Source: an uncultured Ferruginibacter sp.
GTDB taxonomy: Bacteria > Bacteroidota > Bacteroidia > Chitinophagales > Chitinophagaceae
Direction of reading: 5' to 3'
DNA length: 64,000 nucleotides
Assembly (NCBI GenBank): GCA_964590975.1
Contig: CAZPXP010000006.1
Location: 42,729 to 106,728, forward strand
Shown: piece by piece, positions 28,716-37,942 of the stretch
Numbering within the stretch: the first letter of the stretch is position 1
How the letters are laid out: each line of letters begins with the position of its first letter
Position numbers and translations under genes: made by a program
Notes under the pieces: model-generated
Seen by the model: only the letters and a program-made list of their open reading frames with translations
Database searches by the model: none
What the model was told of the DNA's origin: nothing

Positions 28716-28970
28716 ATGGACATTCTCATCGTTCTCTTTATCGGTGCCGTAGCCGGGTGGCTGGGCAGCCAGATCTTCAGAGGCAGCAGTCTCGGCCTGC
28801 CTGGTAATATAGTAATCGGCATCCTGGGTAGTTTTGTAGGGTCGTGGACTTTAAGAAAGCTGGGTGTAAGTTTTGGTGGTGGATGGGTAGGCGCCATACT
28901 TACAGGCGCACTCGGCGCCATCATTATCCTCGCCATCATTAACCTGATTTTCCGAACGTCGCGGAATTAA
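28716..28970 (+). CDS. GlsB/YeaQ/YmgE family small membrane stress protein
   Basis: MDILIVLFIGAVAGWLGSQIF...GNIVIGILGSFVG...ILTGALGAIIILAI, the characteristic glycine-zipper 3-TM pattern. The upstream extension in the ORF track is unlikely to be coding. Confidence 0.85.
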   Translation: MDILIVLFIGAVAGWLGSQIFRGSSLGLPGNIVIGILGSFVGSWTLRKLGVSFGGGWVGAILTGALGAIIILAIINLIFRTSRN

Positions 28971-29139
28971 TGCATCCTGTGTACTTTTCATATTAAACGA
29001 TCCGGTTCAGGCAGTACTAAACAATAAAAGATTCCTCAGCACACGAAAGTGGTTGGGGAATCTTGCATTAATAAAGTACACCTGATTTATATGGCCTTAA
29101 CACTGCTCTGTGCAGTATTGCCTGCAAATAAGTTGTTCT

Positions 29140-32100
29140 CTACCTGATAAGTGTTATCGTACCCCGCAGGGTTTGCAGGTTATTGTACAGGTCGTAGTAG
29201 GTAATAAAATAAGTATAAGTACCGCCGGGTGCCGGGCGGCCGTTGGCATGGCCATTCCATCCCTTATCTCTCGAAGAAGAAGTAAATACAACCTGCCCCC
29301 AGCGGTTATAGATCTGCATCGTCATTGAAGTAAGATGCTCTGCATGCAATACCCTGAACACATCGTTTACCCCATCCCCGTTTGGCGTAAAAGCATTCGG
29401 CAGCTTTACCATTTTCCATACCTGTATGTTCACACTATCCAGCGCAGTACAGCGGTTATCGGCATTCACGCGCAGGTAATAAGTCATATCGCCCGGTGGT
29501 GTGCTAAGAGGCTGGGGTATGGTAGTGGCATTGAGGTAGAGGCCGGGTGTCCATACAAAACTGATACCCGGCCCTGTGCCGCTGCCGTTGAGGATAACCG
29601 GTGTGCCTTCTGTAATAGTTTTGTCCGGCCCGGCGTTGGCAGTAGGCGCTTGTAATACCGTTACATTAGCTGCTGCCGTAGCCGTGCAGCCGGTAACGCC
29701 CGTGTAAGTGTACCTGATAGTATGAGTGCCGTCGCCCGCCCGTGCAGGATAGAATTTTCCATCACTGCCCATGCCTGCGCCGCTGTACACACCGCTGCCG
29801 GGTAAGCCGGTGGTATCGCCAGCATAAATAAATAGGTAGGGAGGTATATTGCTGCATACAGTATCGGGCGGGGTAAAATGCAGGAGCGGGCTTGCCTTAA
29901 GCACAAGGGGATATATTTTTTCGTCTGCGCAGGTGATGCCCGAGTAAGCGCTCACGCCGATCCTTACGGTTTTATACAGGGGCGCGCCAAATACAGGATA
30001 CTGGTGCTGGTATTTTTTACCGGGGTAAGGAGTTTCGTCGGTTTCTGCTAAAAGTGGCTGGTTGTCGACATCCCAGCGGATGCTGAGTTTTGTAATATTT
30101 CCAAAATCAACTGAAGACATATTTTCTATGCCCACCGGCAGGTTACTGCAAATGCTGTCGTTGCCGGGTATGCGTATCGCGGCATGCGGTACAGCGCCAT
30201 TCACAGTAAACATTTGTGTAAGTGTATCGCTGCAGCCCCGGTTAGTGGTAGCGATAAGGCTTACAGGGTAGATAGCGGCAAGCTGGTATTTGTGTACGGG
30301 GTGCCGGATAACAGCCGTGTCGGGATTGATGGCAGTAGCAAGCGGATCGCCAAAACGCCAGAGATAATTGCTCACCGCACTGTTGCCATTTACATAGCTC
30401 GAATCGGTAAATGAAGCAAAAGCATCAGTAAGGCAAACCTCCGGTAAAATAAAATTGGCTGAGGGGTTATCATATATGGTGATGCGGGCCGTTGCCATAG
30501 CGCTCAGGCAACCCTTGCTGGTTACAACGATAAGGCTTACGGGAAAGCTGCCCGTATCGCGGTACACATGGTTTACGGGTTGCCCGCTGGCTATATCAGC
30601 CGTGCTGTTATCGCCAAAATTCCAGAAGCCCTGCACAAGCTGCCCGGCATTAGCTACAGACTGATCTGTAAAAGATAATGTTCTCTGCAGGCAGGGCGCG
30701 CTGTTAAGGCGGAAAGCCGCAACGGGCCGGGGCAGTATGGTAATTGTTTTTGTAAGGGTATCCGTAATACAACCTTTATCCGTAAAAGCCACAAGGCTCA
30801 CCGTGTAATTGCCCGGCTGGCTGTAGTAATGCGCAGGGTTGGCGGTGGTATCAGTTTGCCCATCCCCAAGATTCCACCACCATTTTGTAATAAGGTGTCC
30901 GTTTCCGTTACTCGCATCTGTAAACCGGGTAGTATCAGTAAAGCAGGTTTCTGTATTAACAATGAAGCCCGCAACAGGTTCTGGATAAACAGTAGTAAGC
31001 GGCCGGGTAATGCTGGCTTTGCAGTTGGCAGCGGAGGTAACCGTAAGGCTGATATTATACAGCATGGCGGTATCGAACCGGTGTATGGGATGCTGCACGC
31101 TGGCGGTATTCGGATTTTGTACCGAAGCATGGGGGTCATTAAAATTCCACAGGTAACTGAAACCAGCCTGCGAGTTATCTGCAATAGTGCTCTGGTTAAA
31201 GAACTGCCCGATACCATCCGGCAGGCATATTTCCGGGAGCGTAAAGCCTGGTATGGGTAAGGGGTTAATGGTAAACGTATGCGTAAGGGGCAGGCTTTTA
31301 CAACCCGTGGCTGTTTTTAGCAAAAGCGTTGCGGTATAGGTACCAAATGCAGAATAGCTATGCTGCACCGTATCACTGGTTGTTTTAATGACCTGCGTGC
31401 CATCGCCAAAATCCCATGCCCATTGTACGATCTGCCCGCCAAAACCAATCGACGAATCGGAGAAGATCACGGGCTTGTCTTTGCAGAGCGTGTCTGATAT
31501 ACCAAACTTCGCCAGAGGCAGGTCGAAAACCCGTATGGTTTTTTTTACAGTGTCCGACTGGCAACCCAGGTCAGACACAGCCACAAGGCTGACGTTATAC
31601 AAACCGGCAGCATGGTAAGGCAATTTCGGGTGCTGCAAAGCAGATAAGCTGTCATTGCCAAAGCTCCAGTACCAGCCTGTGACCGGCCTGCCGCTGCCAT
31701 CGCTGTGGTCGGTAAAACTGGCGGTGTCGTTGATGCATGCTGCTGCGGGTGCGGTAAAAGCACCTGCCGGTTTACCATACACATCAATGTCCAGTTCTCT
31801 TTCCTGCGATGCGGAACCACATTCGTCGATACCCGGATTACTGAATTGTGTTTTAATGGTATAAGTGCCCGGCAGCAGGTATGATACCGGCGCAGGTGCT
31901 TTATATACATACAGCGTTTTGTTGTTTCTCGTATAGCTGGAATCAAATGCAGGATTTACCAGCGTATCGGCCTGCCCGTTACCATAGCTCCAGATGATCT
32001 GCGACGTGGTATAGGGAATGGTAAGCGAGAAGGGTACGGGGAAGTTGCTGCATACTGCATTCTGTGCCTGGTTAAATGAGGGGCCGGCAAAACTGATAAA

Positions 32101-33624
32101 CTGGTTCAGGTCTTTGATATCGGCACCAGCCAGGTAACCGTACGACTCTACTTCCCCATAACCGTAAGCAATGGAGCTGAAGCCGCTGTCGGCACGGATG
32201 ATATGCGTAGGATTAAGCGCCGTGCTGCCCGTAACATTCTCCTGTATATAACTGTGCCCTGAGCCGGGGATGCTGATAAATGAGCTGAGGGGAGGTTGTC
32301 CATCAATGGTAAGCGAAGCTTTATAAGTGTCTTTAATGATAACATTAATATAATGCTGCTCAATATTGGTATTGGGTGGCGTGAGGTCTTTTCTTGCAGA
32401 AAGTACGGTGATCTTGCTGAGGGTTTGCTCAATAGGGTTGAGTATGGTCATTTCAGGGTCTGCCGGGTAGGGGATGGGGTCGCCGGGCGCAACCACGTTC
32501 CTTGGGTCGCAGCTCTGCGATACCATATACTGCACCACCATAACAGGCTGGTCGGCAGTGATCACTTTTGTAAGCGCATCTTTGATCTCGTAGTACGAAG
32601 CCTTCTTCAATTGCACAGTGCTGAGCAGGCTGCCGTTTACCGTAACATTTGTAAGGGTATCATCTACAATAATGCGTATCACATCATAAGGCTGCCGGTT
32701 AATGAATGGTGCTGTAATAAATTGCTTACCCCAGGAAGTGATGGGAAATAATTGCTGGTAAAGATTATCGCCACCCGAGGGGTTTACGCAATCAAAGGCA
32801 TTCCAGGTACTGCCAGAGAATACTGCAATGGGCTTGCACGGAATATTGCCAACAGCAACGGAGCGAACCTCCGAGCCGGTAAGGTCTTTCAGCGATTGAA
32901 ACTGGTAAACCTCTCCCTTGTTTAAAGTGAGCTGAAAGGGTATGCCTTTGAGGCGGGTGTTGTTAATATCATTTTCTGAAGGTATAATTTCTACAATGGT
33001 TTGATTTTGAGCAGCTACGATGGCAAACTCGCTCCTGGCCGAATTAAAAGCATTATTGACCTGGTCGTAAGCGGCAATCTTATACCGCTTGCCCAGCGAT
33101 TTGGCGGGCAGTATCAGCGATGCACCCGAACGTGCTGAGTTGAGGATATGCGCATATACAACTACCGGCCGCTGCGCGGTGATCCTGATACCCGTGGGGT
33201 TTATAATATCAGAACTGCCGTTGTATACGGGGTACAACCCGGGGTGCACCTGCACAACAGTGGTTTGGTTGGCTGTGATGGTAAAAGAGATAGAACTGCC
33301 ATTGGTAAAAAGTACACTGCCTGTTGTGTTAGCTTCGCCTGTAATATAAAGCGCCATCCGCGAAGCCTGCCCGTCAATATGACCCGTGTAGGCCAGCCAG
33401 AAGTCTTTTCCTTTATTAGAAAAGTCCTGCGCGGCAAGAAAGAACCAGAGGTTACATAATAGGAATGATATGATGAGGCGACAGCGTAACACAGGTATAC
33501 ATAATTTTCTAACTGATACAGATGGTGGTAAAGGTAATTCTTCATGTAAAAAATAAAAAAAGATAAAAAATTTTCTTTTTTCATTTTTGTTTTTATTTTC
33601 GTTATACCAATTCGAACCGTACAA
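29140..33624 (-). CDS. Giant cell-surface protein: FCGBP-N-like head, multiple PKD-like repeats, T9SS type B (gliding-motility-associated) C-terminal domain
   Basis: C-terminus LPNAFTPNGDGVNDVFRV...IYNRWGQVVF...WNGHANGRPAPGGTYTYFI...GTITLIR is the canonical type B sorting domain. There are repeated ...F.D.S......W.W.FGDG... PKD-type modules. Coordinates give the maximal ORF. The first 44 codons fall in a poly-A/T tract, so a GTG at 33492 (MLRCRLIISFLLCNLWFFLAAQ) is the more plausible start. Confidence 0.9.
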   Translation of the reverse strand: MYGSNWYNENKNKNEKRKFFIFFYFLHEELPLPPSVSVRKLCIPVLRCRLIISFLLCNLWFFLAAQDFSNKGKDFWLAYTGHIDGQASRMALYITGEANTTGSVLFTNGSSISFTITANQTTVVQVHPGLYPVYNGSSDIINPTGIRITAQRPVVVYAHILNSARSGASLILPAKSLGKRYKIAAYDQVNNAFNSARSEFAIVAAQNQTIVEIIPSENDINNTRLKGIPFQLTLNKGEVYQFQSLKDLTGSEVRSVAVGNIPCKPIAVFSGSTWNAFDCVNPSGGDNLYQQLFPITSWGKQFITAPFINRQPYDVIRIIVDDTLTNVTVNGSLLSTVQLKKASYYEIKDALTKVITADQPVMVVQYMVSQSCDPRNVVAPGDPIPYPADPEMTILNPIEQTLSKITVLSARKDLTPPNTNIEQHYINVIIKDTYKASLTIDGQPPLSSFISIPGSGHSYIQENVTGSTALNPTHIIRADSGFSSIAYGYGEVESYGYLAGADIKDLNQFISFAGPSFNQAQNAVCSNFPVPFSLTIPYTTSQIIWSYGNGQADTLVNPAFDSSYTRNNKTLYVYKAPAPVSYLLPGTYTIKTQFSNPGIDECGSASQERELDIDVYGKPAGAFTAPAAACINDTASFTDHSDGSGRPVTGWYWSFGNDSLSALQHPKLPYHAAGLYNVSLVAVSDLGCQSDTVKKTIRVFDLPLAKFGISDTLCKDKPVIFSDSSIGFGGQIVQWAWDFGDGTQVIKTTSDTVQHSYSAFGTYTATLLLKTATGCKSLPLTHTFTINPLPIPGFTLPEICLPDGIGQFFNQSTIADNSQAGFSYLWNFNDPHASVQNPNTASVQHPIHRFDTAMLYNISLTVTSAANCKASITRPLTTVYPEPVAGFIVNTETCFTDTTRFTDASNGNGHLITKWWWNLGDGQTDTTANPAHYYSQPGNYTVSLVAFTDKGCITDTLTKTITILPRPVAAFRLNSAPCLQRTLSFTDQSVANAGQLVQGFWNFGDNSTADIASGQPVNHVYRDTGSFPVSLIVVTSKGCLSAMATARITIYDNPSANFILPEVCLTDAFASFTDSSYVNGNSAVSNYLWRFGDPLATAINPDTAVIRHPVHKYQLAAIYPVSLIATTNRGCSDTLTQMFTVNGAVPHAAIRIPGNDSICSNLPVGIENMSSVDFGNITKLSIRWDVDNQPLLAETDETPYPGKKYQHQYPVFGAPLYKTVRIGVSAYSGITCADEKIYPLVLKASPLLHFTPPDTVCSNIPPYLFIYAGDTTGLPGSGVYSGAGMGSDGKFYPARAGDGTHTIRYTYTGVTGCTATAAANVTVLQAPTANAGPDKTITEGTPVILNGSGTGPGISFVWTPGLYLNATTIPQPLSTPPGDMTYYLRVNADNRCTALDSVNIQVWKMVKLPNAFTPNGDGVNDVFRVLHAEHLTSMTMQIYNRWGQVVFTSSSRDKGWNGHANGRPAPGGTYTYFITYYDLYNNLQTLRGTITLIR

Positions 33625-33756
33625 TATTTAAACTCTAACTGTGTGAGCACTACCGAAAACTATTTTCTGCGCCTGTTGAATAGTGTACCCCTGTCAGCTA
33701 AATTATTCCGGGCACCTGCACATCTCCCTTATTTTTTTAATAAGAAACTGCATCTT

Positions 33757-36700
33757 ATGTCATACAAGTACATCCGTTCCGTGCTATGCCTTTTCATGCT
33801 CTTCCTTACAGTGTCGGCCCATACGCAAACCTCTAATTATTCCGACTCGACACTCGCCGTTATAAGGATTAAAAAAATTACTTCCAGCCATGCCGCCGGT
33901 AATGGTATGCAGGTAAGGCTGTTTAACCGGTACGACAGCAGCTCTATCATTAACCTCAACCGCAGCCTCAGCTATTATACGGCTTCTTCAGATACGAATG
34001 TGTTGATCAACGAGTGTACCAAAGTGTTTGCGGTATATGCACCCGACTATAAGATGAAGCTGGTAACCCGCTACCCGTCTGAGTTTGGTCTGTCCGGCGA
34101 TTCTCTTGTAACTACTGTAGACCTGCATTATTATGATGCAGGCACTTATGTGCCACTACAGTTTTCAAAAACCCTTGAGGGAGGTATTGTAATTACCTGG
34201 GATATCGAATTTAAGTTTTATATCAAGCGGCCTGCGAGGCCAACAGTGGGTGGTAACGATACGCTGATTATCTGTTCAGACACTGCCAACGCCATTACCA
34301 TGCGTACCGGCATACCCCTGAAGCAGGGCCTGGTTTACCGCTGGGAATATACTTTTCCCACTTCTAACGAGGAAGTGGAGAACCCCTACTATATCAACCA
34401 CTGCGAGCGTGCAGCAGGTAAAGGCTTTCCCGGAGGAGGGAACGACGGCGGGGCGAACGGACAATGTTATATTCCGCCGCAGGACCCTGTGCGTTCCTTT
34501 TTCCAGCATTATGCTTCGTGCAGGGATGTGCCGCCCACTATAAAAAAGTGGACCTGGTACCAGCTCGGCGTACCACAGAACACCGATACGATAACGTTCA
34601 ACCCCAGTACAGCGATCGATTTCAGTCTTGTAGGCGGCCTTACCACAAACAGGGTCGTGTATTTCAGGGTGTACGCTACGGCGGCAACAAACGTACTGGG
34701 CAAGGATACCAGCTACTACTCGCTGCCGGCCTCCTATGTGTTTTCTCCCCCGGCGCCATTGATAGAAAGCCTTACAAAAACCCCTGCCTGCCCCAACGAC
34801 CAGCCCAACGGCAGTGTTCATGTTATTGTAGACAGGATACGTACGTTCCGGTATATGCTCAACAACGGGCACGATAATACCATGGCCAATTGTAACCCGC
34901 AAATCAGCAATTGCTTTGGCTTCAATGTAGCTTCGGGTACTGTGTATAATTCGCGCAACCTGGATATTACGGGTCTTGCCCCGGGACCTTATACCTTAAG
35001 GCTCTCCAACCCCGGCGATACGCTGGGTAATTGCTGGCATGCGTATAATATTACGATCGACTCCATACCGCTGCTGCACATGAGTATCGACTCTACAAAA
35101 GGTGTAAGCTGTTATGGTGCTGCGGATGGGTACATTAAACTGTCGCGCACGGGTGGTAACACGCTGTATCCCTTTACCTATAAGATACTGCGCCTGGCTA
35201 CCGGTGCGGTAATCACCAACAACACGGGCATCTTTACCAACCTGCCAGGTGGCGATTATCTTGTAAACGTGCAGGACCAGTGCCAGCAACTGCAATCTGC
35301 AACGGTAACGCTTGCAGAGCCAACAAAAGTTACGGCAACAGTGGGGGTTACGCATGCCACCTGTGCCACACCCGGCAATGCCTCACTCAGTATCAATATT
35401 ACAGGAGGCGATGGTCTGTATAATTATTATCTAATCAGATCGGCAACAGATACAATATACCGCCTGCTCAACACTTCCTTAACTGCATGGCCGTTATCGG
35501 GCCTGGCCGGTGGTAATTACCGGCTGGTGGTTAACGATGCCATACGTACCAACTGTGCCGGTTTCGATTCTGCCATCATCATCAACAACCCGCCTGCACT
35601 GTCTATATCGCTGAACCGGGTAGACAGCATTACCTGCTATGGCGGCACCAATGGCTTTATTAAGATCACCGCATCGGGTGGGGCAAACAACTATCTCTAT
35701 ATAGGCAGCAGGGTATCCGATGGCCTGCCTGTTTACAGCCTTAACGGTGAGTACAGCGATCTCCGGCGTGGTAACTACCGCGTGGGTATTGTAAGTGGCG
35801 TACCGGGTTGTACAGACACGGCTTATTACGGAAGCCTTATACGCATATCCCAACCCGATAGTGTTTTAATGAGTTTCGACAGGGTTGACGTAGTATGTAA
35901 AGGCGATGCCAGTGGCAGTATCAGCCTTACGGATATTACCGGTGGCAACGGGCAGTATACTTACCAGTGGCAGAAACAACTGGGGACGCTGTATTACGAT
36001 TATTCATCCAACGGGCAGGGTACGGGTACTTCGATTACCAATCTTTTTGGAGGAGTGTACCGCCTGAAGGTAACGGACCGGAAAGGCTGTGTAGATTATT
36101 CTGAGAATATTACTGTGCTGGAAGCAGACGTGGCTCTTACTATACTTAACGTAGAAGTCAGAGATATAAGGTGCTATGGTACATACGGAAAAATATACCC
36201 GGGTGTAATAGGCGGCTATGGAAGTTATAAGTATTACTACCGCGACCTGACACGTGTTTCCTACACGCTGTTTGATACCAGCTACAATTTTGCCGGTGGC
36301 AGGTATTTACTGCGTGTAATAGATGAACTGGGTTGTGTAAAAGACTACCCTGATACCATCAGGATCAACGACTCACCGGGTGCGCTTGACTTTACCACTA
36401 CCCTGTCTATCTACAGCGGGTATAATGTGTCGTGCTTTGGAAACAACAACGGCACCATTACCGTAAGTGCATCGGGTGGTAATGGCGGGCCTTACAGCGG
36501 TTATACTTATGCAATAGGTAATCCGCCAGGTGCTTACCAGGTATCCAACATACTTACTGATCTGACAGCGGGGGCAAAAGTGGTTACAGTAAAAGATGGC
36601 AGGGGGTGCACGGTAAGTAAAACGATTACACTCACACAGCCTGCTTCGCAGCTTAACGTTACCACCACGATGATCAGGGATACCTGTATCTACGACAGCG

Positions 36701-37923
36701 CAGGCGTGGTGTCTGCCACGGCTACCGGCGGGGTGCAACCTTACCAGTACAAAATGACAAAGTCTGACTCTCCCGGGGCCTGGTGGGAAACCTGGCAGAG
36801 CAGCAATACCTTCTCCAACCTGCCACAGGGTGTGTACACGGTATATGTTAAGGACCAGAATGGTTGTACGAGAACGGTGCTTCGTTCGGTTACCTATATC
36901 AGTGCAGGGCCCAATATATCAATTACCAAAACGCATGTTAAATGCTTTAACGGCAGCGACGGCTCGGCACAGGTAACGGTAACCAGTGGCCAGAACCCTG
37001 GCGGTACGCCATACGTTTACCAATGGAGCAATGGTGCAACCACATCTTCAGTCATTAATATACCCGCGGGGAATTATACGATAAGGGTAAAGGACTATCT
37101 CGGTTGCAGAAAAGATTCGCCGGTAGTGATTACACAGCCAATTGAGCTGATCAACAACGTTCATGTTAAGCCCGTTTGCTTTAATGCCACCAATGGTGTA
37201 ATTACTGTTACCGGCAGCGGGGGTGTACCTGCTTATACTTACTCAATTGATAATGGATCGTCTTACCAGCCGGGTAATATTTTCAATAATGTGCCGCAGG
37301 GCACGTACAGCGTGATCCTGAAAGACAATAACAATTGTAAGGATACGGTAAGCGCGGTGGTTAACTCGGTAACGACAGCTACTTTCCTCAACTTCCTGGT
37401 ATCGAGCAAACACAATGCTTATGATACGCTGGTGGTGAAAGAAGTGTGTAACCCGCGGCCTGACTCTATCCGGTGGGTATTTGATACGGCAGCAGTTGTT
37501 ATTGATGCTTACCAGTTTGAGCCACGGATCAGGTTTGCCCGCCCGGGTACGTATAACATCAGCATGACGGCCTGGTTTGGTGGCTGCGACCGTTCGATGA
37601 CCAAAGCGATCGAGGTAAAACCGTTCGATTCCACGATTGTCTATACCAATACTAATCTTGCGGGTATTGATACGGTACTGCTGATGCCCAATCCCAGTAA
37701 TGGCCAGTTTGCCATGCAGATCAAGCTGTTCAGGCAGCAGAAGCTGGAAGTATATGTGCGCGATCCGCAGGGCATGCTTCTTTTCTCACGCAGGTGGAAT
37801 GGGGTTAAGGAAGTAATGGAATACGTTAACCTGAACAACAGCGGGCAACTGCCTTCGGGTATATATTATATGAAGATCATAACAGATAATGATGCGCGTG
37901 ATAAGCGGCTCATTATACTATAG
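33757..37923 (+). CDS. SprB-repeat cell-surface adhesin with T9SS type A C-terminal sorting domain
   Basis: The ATG at 33757 gives signal peptide MSYKYIRSVLCLFMLFLTVSAHTQ. At least 8 SprB-type repeats (VSCYGAADGYIKLSRTGG, ITCYGGTNGFIKITASGG, VVCKGDASGSISLTDITGGNGQYTYQW, VSCFGNNNGTITVSASGG, VKCFNGSDGSAQVTVTSG, PVCFNATNGVITVTGSGGVPAYTYS). C-terminus LMPNPSNGQFAMQI...LPSGIYYMKIITDN. Confidence 0.9.
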   Translation: MSYKYIRSVLCLFMLFLTVSAHTQTSNYSDSTLAVIRIKKITSSHAAGNGMQVRLFNRYDSSSIINLNRSLSYYTASSDTNVLINECTKVFAVYAPDYKMKLVTRYPSEFGLSGDSLVTTVDLHYYDAGTYVPLQFSKTLEGGIVITWDIEFKFYIKRPARPTVGGNDTLIICSDTANAITMRTGIPLKQGLVYRWEYTFPTSNEEVENPYYINHCERAAGKGFPGGGNDGGANGQCYIPPQDPVRSFFQHYASCRDVPPTIKKWTWYQLGVPQNTDTITFNPSTAIDFSLVGGLTTNRVVYFRVYATAATNVLGKDTSYYSLPASYVFSPPAPLIESLTKTPACPNDQPNGSVHVIVDRIRTFRYMLNNGHDNTMANCNPQISNCFGFNVASGTVYNSRNLDITGLAPGPYTLRLSNPGDTLGNCWHAYNITIDSIPLLHMSIDSTKGVSCYGAADGYIKLSRTGGNTLYPFTYKILRLATGAVITNNTGIFTNLPGGDYLVNVQDQCQQLQSATVTLAEPTKVTATVGVTHATCATPGNASLSINITGGDGLYNYYLIRSATDTIYRLLNTSLTAWPLSGLAGGNYRLVVNDAIRTNCAGFDSAIIINNPPALSISLNRVDSITCYGGTNGFIKITASGGANNYLYIGSRVSDGLPVYSLNGEYSDLRRGNYRVGIVSGVPGCTDTAYYGSLIRISQPDSVLMSFDRVDVVCKGDASGSISLTDITGGNGQYTYQWQKQLGTLYYDYSSNGQGTGTSITNLFGGVYRLKVTDRKGCVDYSENITVLEADVALTILNVEVRDIRCYGTYGKIYPGVIGGYGSYKYYYRDLTRVSYTLFDTSYNFAGGRYLLRVIDELGCVKDYPDTIRINDSPGALDFTTTLSIYSGYNVSCFGNNNGTITVSASGGNGGPYSGYTYAIGNPPGAYQVSNILTDLTAGAKVVTVKDGRGCTVSKTITLTQPASQLNVTTTMIRDTCIYDSAGVVSATATGGVQPYQYKMTKSDSPGAWWETWQSSNTFSNLPQGVYTVYVKDQNGCTRTVLRSVTYISAGPNISITKTHVKCFNGSDGSAQVTVTSGQNPGGTPYVYQWSNGATTSSVINIPAGNYTIRVKDYLGCRKDSPVVITQPIELINNVHVKPVCFNATNGVITVTGSGGVPAYTYSIDNGSSYQPGNIFNNVPQGTYSVILKDNNNCKDTVSAVVNSVTTATFLNFLVSSKHNAYDTLVVKEVCNPRPDSIRWVFDTAAVVIDAYQFEPRIRFARPGTYNISMTAWFGGCDRSMTKAIEVKPFDSTIVYTNTNLAGIDTVLLMPNPSNGQFAMQIKLFRQQKLEVYVRDPQGMLLFSRRWNGVKEVMEYVNLNNSGQLPSGIYYMKIITDNDARDKRLIIL

Positions 37924-37942
37924 GTAATATTCCGTACCAAGC

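Noticed and set aside
33643-33756. GTG-initiated 38-codon extension of the SprB-repeat gene, and the analogous 46734-46865 extension of the 581-aa gene
   Set aside because: In both cases an internal ATG is followed immediately by a canonical signal peptide. The extensions would bury that peptide.
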